From: Desulfobacterales bacterium
GTDB lineage: Bacteria; Desulfobacterota; Desulfobacteria; Desulfobacterales; C00003060
DNA: 38,991 nt
Direction: 5' to 3'
NCBI GenBank assembly: GCA_030616425.1
Contig: JAUWXJ010000002.1
Coordinates: 1-38,991, forward strand
The notes under the pieces are model-generated. The model was not told the origin of the DNA. It searched no databases and worked only from the letters and a program-made list of their open reading frames with translations. Positions 34,248-38,991 of the stretch are shown here, in pieces; position 1 is the first letter of the stretch, and each line of letters opens with the position of its first letter. A program made the translations under genes and the position numbers.

Positions 34248-34982
34248 ATGCGGTTGGTTTCAATAGAGGCTAGGGATTTGCCGGATGCTTGGTTTCAGTG
34301 CGTCTATGAGATCATGGACAAGGGCCATGAATATGTAATTGATCATGGCAGCTATGCCGGACAGAAGCGTCTTGAGTTTGACTATGTTACGGCTCATATC
34401 AGATATCCTGGTGTGCGGCCCCTAATACCTGATATTCCTCCATCTCTGGGTATACCTAATCCGGTTGCTAATGGGTATATTGAAGAGTACCTTCCTTATT
34501 TGATGACCCCGAAAAAGGAGCCGAATGAGGACTATACGTATGGAGAGCGCCTTGCGGGCTGGTCGTATCTTGCACTAGCGGACGGAGGGAGCCCAGGGGG
34601 TGGCCCCTTAGACGGAAAGGTCGAAAGGCGCGTGGTAAACCAGATCGAGGAGGTCGTCAGGATGTACAGAACCAAGGGGTATGGTACAAATCAGGCGGCC
34701 ATGACCGTTTCGGTTCCATCCGATATTGTCCTTGGTGACCCGCCCTGCCTACGCCACATCGATACACGCATCCAGGAGGGGAAGCTTCATTTCATGGTCT
34801 ATTTCAGATCTTGGGATTTGTGGAATGGATTTCCAGCCAACCTAGGCGGAATTCAGCTCCTGAAGGAATACATGGCAGCAGAGATTGGTGTGGAAGACGG
34901 CGAGATAATTGCAGCCAGCAAAGGGCTTCACCTGTATGACTATGTCTGGGAGCTGGCCCGCCTTCGCACGATGCGTACCTGA
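34248..34982 (+). CDS. Thymidylate synthase (ThyA) family protein, short archaeal-type
   Basis: 244 aa. The motif GDPPCLRHIDTRIQEGKLHFMVYFRSWDLWNGFPANLGGIQLL matches the ThyA catalytic-Cys block (PPC...RS.D...G.P.N). The N-terminus ARDLPDAWFQCVYEIMDKG resembles ThyA-family helix 1. Confidence 0.6.
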   Translation: MRLVSIEARDLPDAWFQCVYEIMDKGHEYVIDHGSYAGQKRLEFDYVTAHIRYPGVRPLIPDIPPSLGIPNPVANGYIEEYLPYLMTPKKEPNEDYTYGERLAGWSYLALADGGSPGGGPLDGKVERRVVNQIEEVVRMYRTKGYGTNQAAMTVSVPSDIVLGDPPCLRHIDTRIQEGKLHFMVYFRSWDLWNGFPANLGGIQLLKEYMAAEIGVEDGEIIAASKGLHLYDYVWELARLRTMRT

Positions 34983-35025
34983 GGACCCCTCAAATCCGTG
35001 ATCTTGAGATATCAGGGACCTGTTA

Positions 35026-35274
35026 TCAGATTATCACGCGGACCTGCTCGGCTCCCCGGACCACCTTGGTTCCTACGGTCGTTGCGCAGAGAGTGCATAG
35101 ATACTCGTACTTATCCCCCTCAGGAAGGACCAAAAGCAAGCGCTTGCGCACAGGAACAGCGCGACTGCATTTGGGACAAAAAAGCTCAGTTGCGTCAAAT
35201 TCCCTGAACGTTTCGCGGTTTGCAGGCCCTGTTGAAGCTGGTTGGCGTTGATTTACAAAAAAGCTGTGTTGCAT
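35026..35274 (-). CDS. Small zinc-ribbon protein (CxxC...CxxC), hypothetical
   Basis: From the internal Met at 35274 the product is MQHSFFVNQRQ...FCPKCSRAVPVRKRLLLVLPEGDKYEYLCTLCATTVG.... The longer track ORF (to 35415) would read through the palindromic repeat at 35395-35444. Confidence 0.4.
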   Translation of the reverse strand: MQHSFFVNQRQPASTGPANRETFREFDATELFCPKCSRAVPVRKRLLLVLPEGDKYEYLCTLCATTVGTKVVRGAEQVRVII

Positions 35275-35394
35275 GTTTGTGGACTCCAGGGATTCGACCA
35301 CTTTTTTGAAAATATAGTTGTTTGGTCGAATATTGTCAACCAGCGACCAGTTGCTGAGCCTTCTGGACCTTTGACTTGAGCAGCTGAGCTGTGT

Positions 35395-35444
35395 TGACCG
35401 GCCTGCTCCCCGCAAGCCCCGCCTGGAAGGGCGGGGAGCTTCAC
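35395..35444. repeat. GC-rich palindromic (REP-like) element, copy 3
   Basis: tgaccggcctGCTCCCCGCaagCCCCGCCtggaagGGCGGGGAGCttcac. The left 30 nt are near-identical to 936-965, and the right end ggggagcttcac resembles 1041-1053. Confidence 0.7.
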
Positions 35445-35617
35445 TATTTTTTTCAAAGATGGGGGGTTGATGGCTCTAAAGAAGACGGTGTAAAAGGCTT
35501 GACATGATGAGCACATTATGTGTAAAAAACAAAGCTTTAGTCGATTTGACCATGGTCGCTGTCGCACGCCAGGGAAAGGAAAAAGTGTCAATCAGGCCGG
35601 CACAAAGGTAACAGGCA

Positions 35618-35752
35618 ATGAAACGAACCTATCAGCCGAGCAGAATTAAGCGTCGCAGAGACCACGGATTCCTGTCGAGGATGTCCACCAAGCAGGGAAG
35701 AAAAATCATAAGACGCCGTCGCGCGAAAGGGAGAAAACGCTTGACTGTATGA
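35618..35752 (+). CDS. rpmH: 50S ribosomal protein L34
   Basis: Absent from the ORF track (44 aa). Manual translation gives [44 protein letters not shown]. It lies immediately upstream of rnpA, as is usual. Confidence 0.95.
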   Translation: MKRTYQPSRIKRRRDHGFLSRMSTKQGRKIIRRRRAKGRKRLTV

Positions 35753-35767
35753 GGGGTTAGAGACGCT

Positions 35768-36148
35768 GTGAAGGCTTTTTCCTTAAGAAAGTCAGAGCGA
35801 CTTTTGAGACCTGCTGATTTTGGGAAGCTCTTCAAACACGGCAGCAGGATTGACAGCGACTATTTTACTGTAGTTTACGCCCCGAATGGTCTTGGGAAAT
35901 TGCGCTTGGGGGTTACGGTAGGCAGGAGAGTTGGGGGTGCCGTGATACGGAATCGTGTCAAGCGGCTGGTGCGAGAGCATTTTCGTCTCCACAAGGCATT
36001 GTTTGGTGACAGCTATGATGTGAATGTCATAGCAAAAGGTGGCTCTTCTGGTCTGTCATCTCAGCAGATTAGGGGGGCGCTGGAAGCTATAGTTCGGGAT
36101 ATATTAAGGGATTGCAAGGATGAGGCCGTTTCTGCTTGCACTCATTAG
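35768..36148 (+). CDS. rnpA: Ribonuclease P protein component
   Basis: GTG start. [20 protein letters not shown]...[29 protein letters not shown] contains the RNR motif. Synteny is rpmH-rnpA-yidD-yidC. Confidence 0.9.
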   Translation: MKAFSLRKSERLLRPADFGKLFKHGSRIDSDYFTVVYAPNGLGKLRLGVTVGRRVGGAVIRNRVKRLVREHFRLHKALFGDSYDVNVIAKGGSSGLSSQQIRGALEAIVRDILRDCKDEAVSACTH

Positions 36149-36329
36149 AGTCTATCAATACATCCTATCACCACTCTTCACACCGGCATGTCGCTTTTAC
36201 CCAACCTGCTCGGAGTATGCATTCCAGGCTGTAAGACGATATGGTACATTGAGAGGGTCCTGGATGACTCTGAGGAGGGTCTTGCGGTGCCACCCCTTTC
36301 ACACAGGCGGGGTTGATCCTGTTCCATAG
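36120..36329 (+). CDS. yidD: Membrane protein insertion efficiency factor YidD
   Basis: [62 protein letters not shown]. It overlaps the rnpA 3-prime end by 29 nt. Confidence 0.9.
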   Translation: MRPFLLALIRVYQYILSPLFTPACRFYPTCSEYAFQAVRRYGTLRGSWMTLRRVLRCHPFHTGGVDPVP

Positions 36330-36400
36330 AAAAGAGCGGGTTCAGCCGTATTGCCCAAGCTGTTCTTGAGGACCCCATTTCGTTCAAGGAGAAGCGATCC

Positions 36401-38062
36401 ATGTCAATGGAATTGAGGATGTTGTTGGCAATAGTTATGTCATTTATTGTATTCTTCTTGTACCAGGCGCTCTTTGTAAAAGAGGCCCCGTTGGAAAAGA
36501 AGAAGATAGCCGAAAGAGCACAAGATGCAGAAACCCAGCCCCCTGTATGGGACAAAGACACGAGGGCTATTGATAAAAAGCCCTTGGAAGTAGAAGTGGC
36601 GATCCCGAAGCCGGTGCGACAAGCGAGAATCGTAACAGTTTCAACCCCCCTTTATGTGGCAGAATTTACGGAAAATAATGGAACCCTAAAAGGGTTTAAG
36701 TTAAGAAACTATAAGGAATCTTTCGCACCCGGAGCCCCCATGAAGGAACTCATCCAATTGCCGGATGAGCACGGACCAAGCCTGGGAGTCTCTTTCATGG
36801 GAGAACCCGTAAAGGGGTTGAATGAAGCGGTTTTTGATGCAGGCACCGAAGCCAGTGTTATTAATGTCACCGAAAGGCCCAAACAGCTGACCTTTCAGTG
36901 GAGATCGGCAGATGGGGTTACTATTTTCAAAACCTATACCTTTTTACCAGAGACTTATGAAATCGGATTGGAGATTAAGGTTAGAAACCTTTCACCTCGG
37001 GCTATAGATGAGAATTTGACTATTTCGCTAAGGAATAGCCTCAAAGAGGCTGACAAATCGAGATATGTCTTCTCCGGTCCTGCGGCTTTGATCGACGGAG
37101 AGCTTAAGGAGATCAAGATTAAGAAAATTGCCGATCAAGACAAATATACGGGCCGCATAACGTGGGTGGCTTATGAGGGCCAGTATTTTGTGTCAGCTAT
37201 TATTCCCAAAGAGGATCGGGAAGCGGCAATGAGGCTTGCAACACCGGCGGAGGTCCTCGAGACCACATATATAGATCCATCAGGACCTGTACTGCCCCAA
37301 ACAGAGCGGACTTACCAGTACGGTGTCTATTTTGGACCCAAGAGCCTTGAAGCGCTCGGTGCGGTGGACACGGACTTTGCAAAAATTGTAGATTTTGGAT
37401 TCTTTGACATCATCGCAAAGCCGTTGATGCATGCCATGAACTTCCTGTATCGGTTCGTTCCCAACTATGGCCTTGTCATCATGATTATCACGATAGTTGT
37501 AAAGGGGCTCTTCTGGCCGCTGAGCAACAAAAGCTATCAGTCCATGAGCCAGATGAAAAAGTTGCAGCCAAAGATGGCAGAGATTCGGGCCAAGTACAAG
37601 GACGACAAGAAGAAGATGAACCAGGAAATAATGAACCTTTACAAGCTGTATAAGATTAACCCCTTGGGTGGCTGTCTCCCGATGGTTTTGCAGATACCTG
37701 TATTTTTTGCGTTTTACAAGATGTTGTACCAGGCCATTGAACTGAGACATGCGCCGTTCTTTTTATGGATCAATGATCTGTCTGCCCCTGACCGGTTGTT
37801 TAGCTTTAACTTCAAAATACCGTTGATGGCACCACCCTACGGGATCCCCGTGTTAACCGTTATTATGGGTGCATCGATGTTTTTGCAACAGAAGATGTCT
37901 CCGCCACCAGGGGATCCCACACAGGCAAAGATGATGATGTTGATGCCGATTTTTTTCACGGTAATATTTGTAAACTTCCCGTCAGGGCTTGTCTTGTACT
38001 GGCTGGTAAACAACCTTCTTTCTATGGTTCAGCAGCGCTATGTTACCAAGAGAACAGGTTAA
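36401..38062 (+). CDS. yidC: Membrane protein insertase YidC
   Basis: 553 aa with an N-terminal TM helix, a large periplasmic P1 domain and the conserved C-terminal 5-TM core (NYGLVIMIITIVVKGLFWPL, KINPLGGCLPMVLQIPVFFAFY, PSGLVLYWLVNNLLSMVQQ). Confidence 0.95.
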   Translation: MSMELRMLLAIVMSFIVFFLYQALFVKEAPLEKKKIAERAQDAETQPPVWDKDTRAIDKKPLEVEVAIPKPVRQARIVTVSTPLYVAEFTENNGTLKGFKLRNYKESFAPGAPMKELIQLPDEHGPSLGVSFMGEPVKGLNEAVFDAGTEASVINVTERPKQLTFQWRSADGVTIFKTYTFLPETYEIGLEIKVRNLSPRAIDENLTISLRNSLKEADKSRYVFSGPAALIDGELKEIKIKKIADQDKYTGRITWVAYEGQYFVSAIIPKEDREAAMRLATPAEVLETTYIDPSGPVLPQTERTYQYGVYFGPKSLEALGAVDTDFAKIVDFGFFDIIAKPLMHAMNFLYRFVPNYGLVIMIITIVVKGLFWPLSNKSYQSMSQMKKLQPKMAEIRAKYKDDKKKMNQEIMNLYKLYKINPLGGCLPMVLQIPVFFAFYKMLYQAIELRHAPFFLWINDLSAPDRLFSFNFKIPLMAPPYGIPVLTVIMGASMFLQQKMSPPPGDPTQAKMMMLMPIFFTVIFVNFPSGLVLYWLVNNLLSMVQQRYVTKRTG

Positions 38063-38081
38063 TGACGGAGGTGTTAATCGA

Positions 38082-38801
38082 ATGTCGGCTAGCTATGAAT
38101 TTGAGGGAAAAACAAAAGAAGGGGCAGTGAGGAAGGCATGCGAGGAGTTGGGCGTTTCTGAGGAGCAACTTGAAATTGAGATGCTTTCGTATGGCTCCAC
38201 AGGAATATTCGGACTAGTAGGTGCTAAGAAGGCAAAAATAAGGGTGACCCTGCGGGAAACTCCGGAAGTCAAGATTGATGAAGAGAAAGCCGACACAAGG
38301 GATGAGACAGAAGAGGTGGCAGAGATAGCTCAAAGAACCTTGGAAGAGATAATCTCTTTTATAGTAGATGATGCTAGCGTTACCGTTGCTAAACACTCTG
38401 ATAGTATTAGGCTTAGAATGGTGGCGAGCAACGCCGCTATCCTGATCGGTAGACATGGCAGGACGCTGGATGCCCTTCAGTATGTAGTTCGTAAGATTGT
38501 AAGGAAAAAGAAGGAAACACAAGTCAGGATCTCCTTTGATGTGGAAGGATATCGGGACAGACGAAAGGCGTCACTCACGCAGTTGGCCCTGCGCCTGGGA
38601 GAAAAGGTCAAGCGTTCCGGCAGGCCTGCCACCATTAGTCCTATGAATGCCTATGACCGAAGGATTGTACATATTGCATTGAAAGATGATGACTCGGTGA
38701 GAACCCAGAGCAGGGGTACTGGATTGTTCAGAAAGCTGGTTATATTTCCGCAGAAAAAGCGAGGAGAATCCGCAGCCCAGGTTACGAAGGGGAGCATATA
38801 A
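38082..38801 (+). CDS. jag: Jag/KhpB RNA-binding protein (Jag_N, KH and R3H domains)
   Basis: The ATG at 38082 has a GGAGGTG RBS. MSASYEFEGKTKEGAVRKACEELGVSEEQLEIEML is the Jag_N domain. The R3H region reads ISPMNAYDRRIVHIALKDDDSVRTQSRG. The last about seven codons and the stop lie inside repeat module A (38782 onward). Confidence 0.85.
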   Translation: MSASYEFEGKTKEGAVRKACEELGVSEEQLEIEMLSYGSTGIFGLVGAKKAKIRVTLRETPEVKIDEEKADTRDETEEVAEIAQRTLEEIISFIVDDASVTVAKHSDSIRLRMVASNAAILIGRHGRTLDALQYVVRKIVRKKKETQVRISFDVEGYRDRRKASLTQLALRLGEKVKRSGRPATISPMNAYDRRIVHIALKDDDSVRTQSRGTGLFRKLVIFPQKKRGESAAQVTKGSI

Positions 38802-38884
38802 CAGTTTACATTGAAACAGTCTGTTACCAAAACAGTCTGGCATCTAATAGCCCCCAAGGGGGATCTCTTTTTGAGGTCAGCTCA
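38782..38884. repeat. Second copy of the modules of the 22580-22762 element. Module A is inverted (38782-38855) and module B is direct (38851-38884). The element may continue beyond the window edge.
   Basis: 38782-38854 is about 93 percent identical (5 mismatches in 73 nt by eye) to the reverse complement of 22689-22762. 38851-38884 matches 22625-22657 apart from one extra base. Confidence 0.7.
38851..38880 (+). terminator. Possible weak intrinsic terminator of the rpmH-jag operon (module B)
   Basis: CCCCCAAGGGGG followed by ATCTCTTTTT. The stem is only 4-5 GC pairs around a minimal loop. The same motif at 22625-22650 follows a 45-codon plus-strand ORF. Confidence 0.3.
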
Positions 38885-38991
38885 CTGAATATTGCCTGAC
38901 AAGTCCCTCAACGGCACCATATTCGGCATAAGGTCTTGACCCATTTACAAATGGCTACTGAGCTTGTATCCCACATTGACGTGTGCCTGGT

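Noticed and set aside
35275-35591. Extension of the zinc-ribbon ORF, and a 112-aa minus-strand ORF in the region upstream of rpmH
   Set aside because: They read through the palindromic REP-like element and the rpmH promoter region and have no motifs. The short zinc-ribbon version (35026-35274) is kept at low confidence.
38040-38081. Upstream start of the jag ORF overlapping yidC
   Set aside because: The ATG at 38082 has a GGAGGTG RBS and begins the conserved Jag_N sequence.

Overview
The window is a chromosomal, probably origin-proximal segment from an anaerobic, deltaproteobacterium-like (Desulfobacterota-type) genome. The lineage is my inference from gene content.

Gene order, left to right:
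- A System I cytochrome c maturation operon on the minus strand, ccmA-B-C-D-E-F. ccmD and the truncated ccmF are missing from the ORF track and were found by hand.
- A divergently transcribed block of ten plus-strand genes (3451-17898), about 14.5 kb, encoding only exported or envelope proteins:
  - an NHL propeller fused to SH3b and LytR_C domains
  - a YVTN propeller lipoprotein
  - a 708-aa outer-membrane barrel with an inserted discoidin-like domain
  - three paralogous lipoprotein modules
  - a SurA-like chaperone
  - a cytochrome with 26 CXXCH motifs and another with 16
  - a second NHL propeller
- A tupABC-like tungstate ABC transporter on the minus strand. Its ATPase gene carries one in-frame TAA inside Walker B.
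- A zinc-finger protein with a C-terminal J domain.
- A MITE-like repeat.
- An orphan TolC, an S41 C-terminal protease and a YibQ-like deacetylase.
- Transaldolase and thiC.
- An AT-rich region directly upstream of dnaN-gyrB, with no dnaA in the window.
- A thymidylate-synthase-family gene and a small zinc-ribbon ORF.
- rpmH (missed by the ORF track), then rnpA-yidD-yidC-jag.

No rRNA, tRNA or CRISPR array was seen.

The most interesting feature is the cytochrome / propeller / barrel / lipoprotein cluster beside the ccm genes. It looks like an undescribed cell-envelope redox system, possibly for extracellular electron transfer.

Several dispersed intergenic repeat families are also present: GC-rich palindromes, an element of about 120 nt, and a modular MITE-like element that supplies the jag stop codon.

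All family calls come from motif recognition by eye. No database search was run.
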